A stretch of 64,000 nucleotides of DNA from Mobula hypostoma (lineage: Eukaryota): assembly GCF_963921235.1 (NCBI RefSeq), contig NC_086097.1, positions 180,112,001 through 180,176,000 on the forward strand, given 5' to 3'. The notes beneath the pieces were generated by a model. That model made no database searches, was not told the origin of the DNA, and saw nothing but the letters and a program-made list of their open reading frames with translations. Positions 38,440 to 50,506 of the stretch are shown in pieces (position 1 is the first letter of the stretch; each line of letters begins with the position of its first letter). The translations under genes were made by a program, and so were the position numbers.

Positions 38440-39120
38440 TCGCTGGTGGTGTCACCACACTCAAACACAGCGAGGATGGAGGCGGGAGCTGTCGACCCTC
38501 TGGAATTTCCGAGTGACACGTCAAATGGGGAGGGGGCGGGCCCCAGCTGAGCTCAGCCAATGAGAAGCCAGGTTTAGTTTGAATGACAGTTGTCCGTCCC
38601 CCGCTTATAAAACCCCGGGTGAGGCGGGACCGAACTGATTGTCATACAGTCCCCGGTTTGGCGGTGGTCATGAGGGTTCTGAGTATCACCGGCGCCGCAC
38701 TACTGCTGGCGGCGCTACGGCTTCCCGAGGGTTCGGTGAGTGGCGCTGGCGGGCGAGTTAGCCCAGATGTCGAAACCTGGTTGTTCGGGCAGAGTACGGG
38801 AGGTGTGGAAGTGGTCTAGCGGTGGTTTGTCAGGAGTTGCCTTCTGGTGGGAGAGCGACAGCGCCTGTCGCCACTTTAGGCCGGTGTCAATGGACTGCGA
38901 CTGTAGGGAGGCGCGCCGAATAGAACTTACAGAATTTCGGGTATCATGGTGCAGCCGTTATCGGCGAGCGTGACGTTGGCCACACCCCTTCAGGCGATCC
39001 ACGCAGTCGATTGGCGGGACTCCACGTGACTCGTCCTTTAACCTCCTCGTCCGATCGCCCGCTCGGCCCGTGCGCCTGCGCAGTCCCAGTCTAAAGTTCG
39101 TGGGCGTTCTCGTGACCACT
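38440..39120 (+). promoter_or_regulatory. NPC1: CpG-rich NPC1 promoter and first-exon region
   Basis: High CpG density against a depleted background. SRE-like GTCACCACAC 38451-38460, GC box 38533-38541, AGCCAATGAG 38555-38564, TATAAAA 38606-38612, CLEAR-like CACGTGAC 39023-39030. Confidence 0.8.
38670..38735 (+). CDS. NPC1: NPC1 exon 1 coding part (signal peptide MRVLSITGAALLLAALRLPEGS)
   Basis: ATG in gtcATGa context inside the CpG island. Hydrophobic core; donor tcg|gtgagt; phase 0 fits exon 2. Confidence 0.88.
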
Positions 39121-41409
39121 GATTGAGTATTACTCATGCAGGTCAAATAGCACGAAGAATGCTGAAAGTTTACTCTTTTTTTGTGCGCATGTTTTCATGA
39201 ATAATTAGCTTTTTTTTGATAAATATAAACGAAATGTTGGAGGAACTCAGCAGGTCCGACTACATCTCTGATGGGAACAGAGGACGTATTAAGCCGATAC
39301 CAGTGATTGACTGTTTATTTCCATTCACAGCTGTTGCCTGACCTGCTCAGTTCCTCCAGTATTTTTTTCGCTCAAGGTGTCCAGCATCTGCAGAATCTGT
39401 AGTGTCTTTGTTTTGGATAAAGTTTTTAAAACGTTAAACCAATTTGTGCCATGCACAGCTGTTTGGAATGAGATCATGTGTGAAAACAACCAGTCAGCAA
39501 AAAGGATTTCTGTATTCAGCCTGGGATGACTACTGTATTGTGTTGCTCTGATGGTGTTCTATGGGTCACAATATCTTGCAAAATGCATTTGAAGCCCAAG
39601 CAGTGTCTGGCGAGATATCCGATTAGTGTAGTTGTCCAGCACCTCCCATAACTGCAATATTTTTTCTTACTATTGTCTCTTAACTGAGTGTGAATTTACT
39701 GTCCTTTCTTGCTGTGCAATCAACTTCTACAAATTGTGTCCTTGCCAATAATCTTTGAATGTGATTGATATCTTGGGTGGAAATAATTTGAGTTTTAATC
39801 ATACTGCATATGTTTCTTCCCCATCCCAAAATATCTAATCCTGAGGAATGGCTCTGGTTTGTTGAGTGTTAGGCAGCATTAATAACATTGCTAATCCATT
39901 CTCTATTTCTTGCCATTCTGCATTGTTGTTTGGATGAGAACAGAATGAACAATGCTTTTCTAGTGACACTAGTATGCTTTCTTTTCTTTGGATTACAGCA
40001 GCCTATCAATTCAGAAACAGTTTCCTTCTGCATCAGATTTCTGAATGGTCCATGAATTCTACCTTGTTATTCCTTTGTACTATTTATTACTTTTTAATTT
40101 GTAACAATTCTGTCTGAGTACTGCTGCCTTGATACAACATATTTCAAGTCGTTATGTTGGTGACAGTAAATCTAATTTGTATTTTTTTCCCATTGTCTTA
40201 AGGAATTTTTACATATTGTGTATTTTGTTTACTAGTTATTACCTGTCCCCGTCATACCCCTCATATCAATTCCAAATCTACCCAGTTCAGGCTCTTGTAC
40301 CCTCAGATTCCTTGGATTAGATTAAAAGTCAAAACTTAACCTTGCCCCTAGTAACAAAGTGAACAAGATCAAATTTCAAAAGCCACGGTTTCTTGTAGAG
40401 GTCATTGTACAAATAAAGTGTTGGATTAAAAACTCTGGTCATGCAGCATCTTTTGACTGGGGCTGCCTGACTGAAGTTTTTGAAGTGGGGCTCTGTAGTT
40501 TTGGACCTGAAATGTTAATTGACTGAATTTTATCAAATGATGTAAAATTCAGGCAATCTCACTGTTTCCTAGAGACAACTTGGAGCAAAGTTACTGATCT
40601 TTTACTGTTAAACGGGCCATTGGAAACCTAGCACTTTGCCTCAATGTGCAGTTATCAGGAATTATCCTCTTGATACTAATTTCATTTGCCCAGAAAGAAG
40701 TTCCTTGTGTATCACCTCTGATTTTCTCTTTTTTTGTAGTGTCCAATATTTTGTATTTGGGATCATGTGCAGCTTCCATTAATGTTCTTGGATGATGCAG
40801 TCGACAATCTACGATGGCAAGAGCCAGTGCTTTATAACTATAGTGCTGATGTCATCTCAATGACAGCAATAACTTGCCTTTTTGCCTTTGACTTGTTCAA
40901 TGACCTCTGTAGGAAACCACGGCTGTTGAAATTTAATCTTGTCACTGTTATTCAGGGCCAAGTGAATTCTTACAGTTGGTCAAATGAGTCCCTATTTGGA
41001 AAGTGGCGGTTTTGTGTGTTTAAATGAGTTGACCAAGATGCCCTATCAAGCTTGTCACTTTTTCCAGCATGTAGCCCATACCTTTCTAAACCTTTTCAAT
41101 CCACATACCTGTCCCACTGTCATTCTAGCCAGCTCCATGGTCATTAGCCTCCTTGGCACCAAGGATATCTTCAAAAGGTGATGCCTCAAAGGCAAGCATC
41201 TATCATTAAGAGCCCCACATCACCTAGAGCATGCTTTCTTCTCGTTGCTACCATCAGAGAGGTGGCACAGGAGCCTGAAGGCACACAACATTTCAGGAAC
41301 AGCTTCTTATTGTAATTTATAGATTTTTAACAAGTATTGTAATGCACTGCTGCTGTAAAACAACAAATTTTACAACATATGCCAGTGATATTAAACCTGA
41401 TTCCACATA

Positions 41410-42965
41410 CAGTTGCAAGAAAGTTTGTGAATCCTTTGCAATTATCTAGTTATCAGCATTAATTACTCATAAAATGTGGTCTGATCTTCATCTAAGTCAC
41501 AATAATAAACACAATCTGCCTAAACTAATAAAGCACAAACAATTGTACTACTACTAATCAATGCTAAGTATACCATTTAAATAAATCAGTCTAAATTCAA
41601 AAAAAAGTATGGGGACCTCTGGGGGTAATGCCTTGTACAAAAGTTATTTGGAATTGGGTGTTCCGGTCAATGAGATGAGATTGGAGCTGTGTTTTGTAGA
41701 GGTGCTTTGCCCTATTTTTAAAAAAAATGAGCAAAGTCAGGTTATTGACAAAGCCTGCTTAAGAAAGATCTGTTTAAGTGTACCATACCTTGATCAATAC
41801 AACTTTCAGAGGACCTTGGAAGAATTGTAGAGATGCATGAAGCTGGAAAAGGCTACAAAAGCATTTTCAAAGACCTGAGTGTTCATCAATCCATAGTAAG
41901 AGAAATTGTCTACAAATGGAAGAAATTCAGTACTCTCCCAAAGATCACATGAAGAGTGCAATGTGCAATGCTGAAGGAGGTGAAAAAGAACCCAAGGGTA
42001 ACACCTCTAGAAATTGCTAGAACTTGCTAAAGTCTCTGTTCGTGTGTCCACTGTGAGAAAACCACTGAACAAAAACAGTGTTCATGGAAGGACAGCATGG
42101 AGGAAATAACTGCTCTCCAAAATAACATTGCTAAATGTCTCAAGTTTGCAAAAGACCACCTGGATGTTCCACAACACTTCTGGGACAATGTTCTGTGGAC
42201 AGATGAGACAAAAGTTGAACTTTTTGGCAGAAATGCACATTGCTTTGTTTGGAGGAAAAAGGGCACTGCACACCACCACCAAAACCTCATCCCAACTGTG
42301 AAGCATGGTGAAGAGACACAAGGTTTGGGGCTGCTTTGCTGTCTCTGGGCCTGGACAGCTTGCAATCTTTGAAGGAACAATGAATTCAAAATTGTATCAA
42401 GACATTTTACAGGAGAGTATCATGGTACTGGTCCACTACCTGAAGCTTAATAGAAGACAAGACAATGATCTGAAACACGAGTAAATCAACAGCAGAATGG
42501 TTTAAAAAGAAGAGAGTTTGTGTTTTGGAATGGCTAAGTCAAAGTCGAGACCTTAACCCAATTGAGGTGTTGTGGGATGACCTGAAGAGGGCTGTTCATG
42601 CAAGGTATCCCAGAAATGTTGGTGAACTGGAATGGTTTTGTATGGAGGAATGACCTAAAGCTCCTCCTGGCCATTGTGCAAGTCTGACCAGCAGCTACAA
42701 GCAACGTTTGGAGGTTATTGCTGCTAAAGCAGGTTCTACCAGTTATTAAATACAAGGGTTCACATACTTTTTCCAGCCTGGACTGTGAATGATTAAACAA
42801 TGTGTTCAATAAAGATATGAAAAGTACAATTGTTTGTGTTATTAATTTAGGCAGATTGTGTTTGTCTATTATTGTGACTTGGATGAAGAGCAGACCACAT
42901 TTTACAAGTAATTAATGCAGAAAACCAGGTAGTTGCAAGTGGTTCTTCAAAGTTTCTTGCAACTG
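41410..42965 (+). mobile_element. Degenerate Tc1 DNA transposon in NPC1 intron 1
   Basis: TA|cagttgcaagaaa ... tttcttgcaactg|TA, with long imperfect TIRs (at least 140 bp). Transposase remnants VLWTDETKVELFG, QDNDLKH and DLNPIE. Confidence 0.92.
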
Positions 42966-43512
42966 TACATATCACCCTTGTATATTTAAAGAAAAAGTTG
43001 CCCCTCAGTTTGAGTTGTCTTACTTGTGCAAAGCAGCTCTGTTATTGTCAGTGCTCTAAGTTAAGACATTGAACCAGACAGATGTGGATGTATGACAATA
43101 TACAGTGACTACAATGAAATTGTGTCTCATTCTTTCAGTACTGTTTCAAAGATATCCTGTATTAGATTGTTAATGTTTTCCTTGGCCCATATACTTGAGA
43201 GAATAGAATAGCCTATTTTGCCAGAAGACAGCCTACCACTTTGCTTGTCAGTTCCTGTCAACTTCACTATCTGTCCAGATTCCCTTTTGACTGCATCTGA
43301 AACCTTCCATATGGTCAGGTCCTATATACTCTTCCTCTTGAGAAACTGATGCTTGTGAGCCTGGGCACAGTGAAGGAAGTGAGAACTGAGGAATTTGTTG
43401 TTCTCTAAGGGCAGTTGAATATTTTAAAAAACAGAGAACTGCACCTCACCTGGACTTTTAAAAATTGGTAATCACAAGTATTTAACTGTTTGTCATTATA
43501 ACTTTCCCTCAG

Positions 43513-43644
43513 GTGTTGGCGCAAAATGCAACATGTGTTTGGTATGGAGAATGCGGCACAGATGAAGCAACCCATAAGAGGTACAACTGCAAATATGATG
43601 GCCCTCCAAAACCACTGCCAAAGGAAGGATATGGAATAGTTCAA
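43513..43644 (+). CDS. NPC1: NPC1 exon 2
   Basis: cag|[15 protein letters not shown]...[23 protein letters not shown]|gtaagt; 132 nt. Confidence 0.96.
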
Positions 43645-44699
43645 GTAAGTGCTTGGCCTGTTGTTCAACTTTAGCATGGCAATTATAAACTTGCTCTGGA
43701 GGCTTCTAGATCAAACACCAAATGTGTAGATGTTTTTAATAATTTAGCTAAAAGAAACATCTTTTAATATTTTAAATTTTATTGAAAACATTTTGTAGAA
43801 AATCAGCATGTCTGGCAGATTAACTTTTTCCTGGGTGTTGACCTGCCCATTTATGTTGGACTCTCCTATCATATGACATATCCAGAATGATGATATTGCT
43901 ATCATATTTCAATTAGCATTGTGCCCTTTTGATCATTGTCGATTTAATCACCTACATGGCTCATGGTCTAGCAATTTTGGGACCTTAAAGTTCTTAGCTG
44001 TTCATTTTGCTTCTGATTTCATTTGAATCCTTGGACTGTTTCATTAGTCTATCTTTAGATGCTGTTTGAAAGTTTCCTTTCTGGCCATCAAACCTATACC
44101 AACTCACAGCAATCCCATTAATCCTCCATTTATTTTCCCTGTAACCTATTCTCCCCACATGCCCACACTTCCCTGCTTGCCCCCAAATTCTGAATTGCCT
44201 AAATACGAAGGGCAAGTTACAGTACTGAATTAACCTATCTACTCGTGGAAGGAAAAGAGTGCCTGGGGGAAAACGGGTCATAAGGAGACTGTGCAAGCTC
44301 CACACAGACAACATTGAAAGATGAGATTGAATCCAGGTTCACAGGAGTTGAGACAGCAATTTTGCCAGCTCTGCTACTGGTGCCTAAACACTGGTATATA
44401 ACATTTCTGATGTGTTATGAGACCCCTCTACATTTCAATAGTCTCAAGTGTCATGTGGAAGTCTTTAAAGACCAGCTGGTTCTGACCTCTTGGGGTGGGG
44501 GGAGGGCGCAAATAAAGATGACAGTTTTTGGGAATCTTGAATATCAAGAGATATTGTAAATTTAGTTAAAGAAAAGAAGCATAACATTTGGGAAACTGAA
44601 ATAGGGACGTTGTGCAACATAAGGAATTCGGAAAGAAATTGAAATAAGGAACTTGGGCTAAAAGTGCCATTAAATATCCTTGGCAAATAATTACTTATT

Positions 44700-44940
44700 A
44701 CTAAGCCCATTCCCCCTAACAGTGGCATAGACTATTGACAGTAGCTTGCCAGTGTGCTTTGTCCTGGGCCAGTCTTTTAAGTTGTCCCCAGGTGTAGCTA
44801 TCCTTGGTATATCCTTCTCCTCCTAGGGATGAGGTCTTTAGAGCTTCTGTTGGTGTTTCTGTAGCTCTAGGCTTCCTATGGGATGGAGTTGCTAGTCCCA
44901 TGCCTAATCCTCACTTTTGGGACTGTCCGTGGCAGAGTTT
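44700..44940 (-). mobile_element. RTE-like 3' end or RTE-derived short element
   Basis: YTWGQLKRLAQDKAHWQATVNSLC in ORF 44716..44901(-) resembles the extreme C-terminus of RTE-clade ORFs. Confidence 0.55.
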
Positions 44941-45046
44941 TGGCAAAGTGTTAATATGAATACCAAGGAATTCTGTATGTTCATATTAGTACAAGGTGGG
45001 TCCACTTGATGGCAACGGAGGGAGTTTGTATATGGTATGGAGCCAA

Positions 45047-45323
45047 AGCAGCACAGTAGCAGAGTGGTTAGCACAACGCTTTACAGTCCAGGTGACCCAG
45101 GTTCAATTCCCACCGCTACCTGTAAGGAGTTTGTAAGTTCTCCCTGTGACCGTGTGGGTTTCCTCCAGGTGCTCTGGCTTCCTCCCACAGTCCCACCAAT
45201 TGGTAGGTTAATTGGTCATTGTAAATTGCCCCATGATTAGGCTAGGGTTATCGGGTTGCTGGGCAGTGTGACTTGAAGGGCTGAAAGAGCCTATTCCATG
45301 CTGGATCTCAATAAATTAAAAAA
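45047..45323 (+). mobile_element. tRNA-derived V-SINE/HE1-like SINE
   Basis: A-box-like tagcagagtgg, B-box ggttcaattcc, central gtgggtttcctccaggtgctctggcttcctcccac, A-rich tail. Confidence 0.75.
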
Positions 45324-45658
45324 GTGGGTGAAGTAATTAAAGAATACTTTGCATTGGTATTCACCAAAGAGAAGGACATTAATGGTGCCATCAGAGAGTG
45401 GTATATTCATGTTTTGGGGCATATAATATTGGGCATATGATGGGTCTCAAAATATTAAAATAGATAATGATTTGATGGAATCTTTTGTAAGTTGACAATT
45501 ATTCAGATCTAAGTATTGTTTTGTAAAATTGGATTCCAGCAGTTTTGAAACTTCAGTATTTGAATATGCAATTTTCTTTTACTTCAAAGCTAAAATCAGT
45601 TCTGTAACTTGCCTGTGTGGAGTATATAGATACCTGAATGTACTTTTGTGTCTTGCAG

Positions 45659-45765
45659 GAATTGTGTCCAAATTATTTCTACGGCAATGTTAGCCTCTGC
45701 TGTGATATTCAACAACTGCACACCCTTAAAGATAATATGCAGCTGCCCCTTCAGTTCTTGTCCAG
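45659..45765 (+). CDS. NPC1: NPC1 exon 3
   Basis: [36 protein letters not shown]; 107 nt; AG/GT flanks. Confidence 0.97.
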
Positions 45766-46499
45766 GTACCCTTGTTTTGTTCTGTAATTCAGACAAATTT
45801 CATTTCTGAGACAGCCTCTGGAATTACCAGTGAGCCTTCTCTCTGCACTAGTTTGTGGTATCTCTGAATATTTGAACATTGTGTTCACCTTTAGAAAGGA
45901 TTTAGACCATGTCTTGTGAGTAAAGCTTGAGAGAGCTAGGGTTTTTCTCTTTGGAGTGAAGGATAGAGATGGACAAGATGTAAAGTAGACATTCATAGAC
46001 TTTCCCCAAAGCTGAAATGACTAATACGAGGGGCATAGTTTTAATTTACTTGAAGGGATGTATAGCAGGGGGGAGGGGGATGATGTCAAAGATGGGATTT
46101 TTAGAATGGTGGTGCACGGAATGTGCTGCCAGGGTTGGTGGTAGAAGCAGATACATTAGGGACTTGTAAAAGACTCTTAGATGAGCACGTGAATGAAACA
46201 AAAATGGAGGGCTCTGTGGGAGGGAAGGGTTAGATTAATCTTGGGGTAGTTCAGTAGGTTGGTGCAACATTGTGAGCCAAAGGGCCTGTACTGTTCTATG
46301 TTGTGTAGCCCATGTCCAGAACTTTGCATCTGTACTTCAGAAAGGAAGTATAGTTTTGGTCAAAGGATTGAACAGCACAAGTTACAGAAACTAGATTTTT
46401 CACTGTCTGAATATGGAAGGTTGAAATGCTTTAAGTATTTAGTTTGATTTGATAGTCCAGCAGGTGAAACCTTTGTCAAGCCAGCCTATTCAAAGGTGC

Positions 46500-47045
46500 T
46501 TTTTAATTCCACATCCCATTCCCATTCTGACATGTCTATCCACGGCCTCCTGTACTGTAAAGATGAAGCCACACTCAGGTTGAAGGAGTAACACCTTATA
46601 TTCCGTCTGGGTAGCCTCCAACCTGATGGCATGAACATCGACTTCTCTAACTTCCGCTAATGCCCCACCTCCCCCTCGTACCCCATCCGTTATTTATTTA
46701 TATACACACATTCTTTCTCTCACTCTCTTTTGTTCTCCCTCTGTCCCTCTGACTATACCCCTTGCCCATCCTCTGGGTCCCCCCCCCCCCCGGGCTTCCT
46801 GTCCCATGATCTTCTCATATCCCCTTTGCCAATCACCTGTCCAGCTCTTGGCTCCATCCCTCCCCCTCCTGTCTTCTCCTATCATTTTGGATCTCCTCTT
46901 CCCCCTACCACTTTCAAATCTCTTACTAACTCTTCCTTCAGTTAGTCCTGACGAAGGGTCTCGGCCTGAAACGTCGACTGAACCTCTTCCTAGAGATGCT
47001 GCCTGGCCTGCTGCGTTCACCAGCAACTTTGATGTGTGTTGCTGG
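46500..47045 (+). mobile_element. Penelope-like element 3' end (GIY-YIG C-terminus plus pseudo-LTR) in NPC1 intron 3
   Basis: FNSTSHSHSDMSIHGLLYCKDEATLRLKE*HLIFRLGSLQPDGMNIDFSNFR*, followed by a pyrimidine-rich UTR and a hammerhead-like motif. Confidence 0.85.
46942..46981 (+). ncRNA. Minimal type I hammerhead ribozyme motif (Penelope-associated)
   Basis: ttagtc-CTGACGA-agggtctcggcct-GAAA-cgtc-gactga. Core CUGANGA/GAAA intact, stem I ttagtc/gactga, stem II hairpin, loopless palindromic stem III (ACGU), GUC cleavage triplet ending at 46975. Confidence 0.7.
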
Positions 47046-47243
47046 AATGCATTTGGGTTGATTTGCCGCAGATCAAACTGGAAGGGTATAGCTTCCTTTT
47101 CCAATATCTAATGACAGTTGCTCAACAGATTTTGCATTGCTGCACAGTTTGTACCAGGCTGGATTGAATGTATTTGGGGAGGATATCTGTCATTTGGAGC
47201 ACTTGTTTCAGGATATATAACAGTCCTTACCTTTATGTTGCAG

Positions 47244-47404
47244 GTGTCCCTCTTGTTTTTACAACTTCATGACCTTTTATTGTGAACTAACTTGCAGTCC
47301 TGTTCAGAGTCTGTTTCTCAATGCCACCAAGTTTGAGCAATATATTCACAATCAAACTAGCATCACAGAGGTGGAATACTATATTGGATCAAGCTTTGCA
47401 AATG
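47244..47404 (+). CDS. NPC1: NPC1 exon 4
   Basis: CPSCFYNFMTFYCELTCSPVQSLFLN...YYIGSSFAN; 161 nt; donor gtgaga. Confidence 0.96.
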
Positions 47405-47939
47405 GTGAGAAGTTTTTGATGCAATGCCTGTTACTTGTCAAATGCTGGGTAGAAACATGGCATGAATTAATTATGGATGACTGAAAAATGGAAGGCGTTG
47501 TGGGAGGGAAGGATTAGATTGATCTTGGAGTAAGTTAGAAGATCAGCACAGCATTGTGGCCAAAGGGCCTGTACTGTGCTGTACTATTCGATGTTCTATT
47601 ATGGTCAAAAATTCAAGCCCCTTGATCTTCAGGTTAATATCAGTAATCTCCTTTTGCTAACAAGTAGTTCCAAAATGTAACTCCACATTTATCCAGCATA
47701 CCTGTTCACTCTTGTGGGATCTCCATTTCTTTTGGGAACGTCAGTAGTATGCACAGCCGTGTGCTCATTGCATCAGTGAGCCAGGGGAGTTTAACTTGAA
47801 TTGTTGAGATTGTGTTAAACATTGCCTAACTGCAAACTGTTCATTATGCTTATCTACACACGAACCTGTTAGTGGGGTGGGTGAGAAATAGCATGTAATA
47901 CTCTGCTACTCTGGGGTGGTTATTGCCCTGTTCCTAGAG

Positions 47940-49143
47940 CAGGGGTTCCCAACCCTTTTTGCACCGTGGACCATTTATTATTGACAATATTCTTGCGGAC
48001 CGGCCGACCTGGGGGGGTGGGGGGGGTAGGGTTGCCAACGGACAAGAGTAGCAGTCAAATATATTGTGTTTACCCCGAGAAAGACTACCATGACCATGAA
48101 ACCTTGCACGGGCACTTGTGTGCGCATGCGTGTACGTGCCGATTTTTTTTCTACAAATTGTTTTTGGCGATTCTGTTGGGGGGTTGGGGGTGGTGTTAAG
48201 AACGACCGGAATATAGGTGATAAGTGGCTAATACAATCAATTTCGTTTCTAAAAAGGTTTATCTAATGAATTTAATATTAAACACACAGCGCATATTTTC
48301 CTCGCATGAATATAGTGATAAGTCAATTATCAGGGGAGGACAGGGGAGCTTGAAGTAAGTGTTGAATGAACTTCCAGTAGAAGTGGTAGAGGCAGGTTCG
48401 ATATTATCATTTTTAAAAAATTGGATAGGTATATGGACAGGAAGGGAATGGAGGGTTACGGGCTGAGCGCAGATCGGTGGGACTAGGTGAGAGTAGCGTT
48501 TGGCACAGACTAGAAGGGCAGAGATGGCCTGTTTCCGTGCTGTAATTGTTATATGGTTATATAAGTCACTTATAAGTCAATAGCATCGTAACGTTTGGAT
48601 ATTAAACACACAGCACATATTTTCCCCGCATGAACATATAAAATCATTGCAACACACCAATATCGCTGAATCAGTGGGAGCCCTGGGCTTGTTTCCCTGC
48701 AACAAGACGGTCCCATCGAGGGGTGATGGGAGACAGCGATACTCGAACGGGGTTCCTTATGTCCAGTCTACTCCGCAATTTAGTTTTCGTTGCATTCATT
48801 GTAGAGATGTGTTGGAAATGGAAGCAATGTTTTGTGTGCTTTCGTGGCTATCTCAGGATATTTAGCCTTGACTTTGATCCAGAATGCTGGCAGAGATGTT
48901 ACGTCAAACATACTTTTCAGCCTAGTCATTTGCAAGCTCGAGGAATTGATCTCCTTCCCGTGCTGACATGGATGACGCGCGCGTAATGACCTCGCATGCA
49001 TTCAAGCTCAACAGTGGGTGTGACAGGGAATGAGGAAAGGTGCAGCTGACTCATATCACCAAATCATATTGTTTCCTCGCGGCCCGGTAGCACATGCTTT
49101 GCGGCCTGGTACCGGTCCGCAGCCCGGTGGTTGGGGACCGCTG
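47940..49143 (-). mobile_element. Non-autonomous hAT (Charlie-like) transposon in NPC1 intron 4
   Basis: TIRs caggggttcccaacc / ggttggggaccgctg (13/15). Perfect 8-bp TSD TCCTAGAG (47932-47939, 49144-49151). Minus-strand transposase remnant LPAFWIKVKAKYPEIATKA...LLPFPT. Confidence 0.93.
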
Positions 49144-49540
49144 TCCTAGAGGTTTATGTCATTGACAAGACAAGCCAGCACCATTGTGAGGTATCAAGTA
49201 CAAATAATTAGATCCGTTTTCTATGTTTGAGCACGTTCTTGGATTACAGCGACTGTTTGCAAGCTTTGCGTTAACAGTAATATTAGGTCTGGACTTTGTT
49301 TTTTGTCTAGTCAGATCATTGTGGTTTGGGGATTTTGCATTTGATTTCTTGGATAGAAATGTTATCCAAAACATATCCATTCCATTTCCTTGTTGTCTGA
49401 GTTTAAAGCCAGAATCAAATCTATTTCTTAGTGAAAAGAATTTAAATTTTTCTTGAAGACGGTTAATAACTTGCCAATTCAAAATTTAACATTGAGACCA
49501 GCCAGTATAAATCACTATGCTGATGTTTGTCTTCATCCAG

Positions 49541-49708
49541 CCATGTACAATGCTTGCAAAGATGTTCAGTCTCCTTCAAGTAATGAAAAAGCTCTGGGAC
49601 TGCTTTGTGGAAAAGATGCAAAGGACTGCAACGCAACCAACTGGATTCAGTACATGTGTAGTACAAGCAACGCTCAGACCCCCTTCAATATTATTCCCAT
49701 TTTTGGTG
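49541..49708 (+). CDS. NPC1: NPC1 exon 5
   Basis: AMYNACKDVQSPSSNEKALGLLCGKDAKDCNATNWIQYM...PIFG; 168 nt; donor gtaag. Confidence 0.97.
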
Positions 49709-50506
49709 GTAAGCTTAATTTGTTCTGTCATTTTGCATTGTATACATTTTAAGACATTCGAACAGTGACTTCACCATTGCTTGTGGGGATGGTGTTTTTC
49801 CTAGTGGAGCACAATACATGTGTCTTTGCTGGATAAGTGAAAAATGCTTTTACAGAAGCTGTATTGAGTGGCCCAAAAATTGTTAGCTTTGATGCAAAAT
49901 TAACTAATTATTATGGACCGTTTAATGTATTGGGAGTTAGGCAGCATCTGTAGGGGTTGCATTTCAGGTCAGAGCTATTAAAATCCATTGTCTTGAAGCA
50001 GTAACTGTTTCTAACTCTCAGATGCTGCCTGACTTGCTGAATATTTCCTTCACCTTTTCTATTAAAGTATTTATTGCTAAACCTCATACTTAAACTCACT
50101 AATAACCTTGAGGTTTAGCTGCTATTTTATGCCATATACTATTGATATGAGACAACATGATAGTGTAACATTTAGCGTAATTCCATCAACCAGGGTTCAA
50201 TTCCAGCACTATCTGAAAGGAGTTTGTGTGTTCTCCCTGTGACTCTGTGGGTTTCCTCCAGGTGCCAAGTTTCCTCCCACATTCCAAAGATGTGGGACAT
50301 AAAACATAAACAGTGCTGCACAGAAACAGGCCCTTCAGCCTACAGTGTTGTGCTGAGCCAGCTAAAAAGTAAATCCCATCCCCTTTGAACTAACCCCCTC
50401 TCTTTCAGTGCATGCCCCGTGGGTGTTAGACATGAGACCTGCAGGTTAATTAGTCGTATGGGTGTAATTGGGCAACGTGGACTCGTTAGACTGAAGGGCT
50501 GTGCTT

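Noticed and set aside
38583..38819. 78-aa ORF with an upstream in-frame ATG extending the NPC1 N-terminus
   Set aside because: ATG 38583 lies upstream of the TATA box and would bury the signal peptide, and the ORF's 3' part runs into intron 1. ATG 38670 is preferred.
45047..45120. tRNA gene
   Set aside because: The A/B boxes belong to a SINE head and no cloverleaf is evident.
48009..48032. G-quadruplex-prone G runs (also C run at ~46779-46791)
   Set aside because: These are simple homopolymer tracts inside transposons with no evidence of function.
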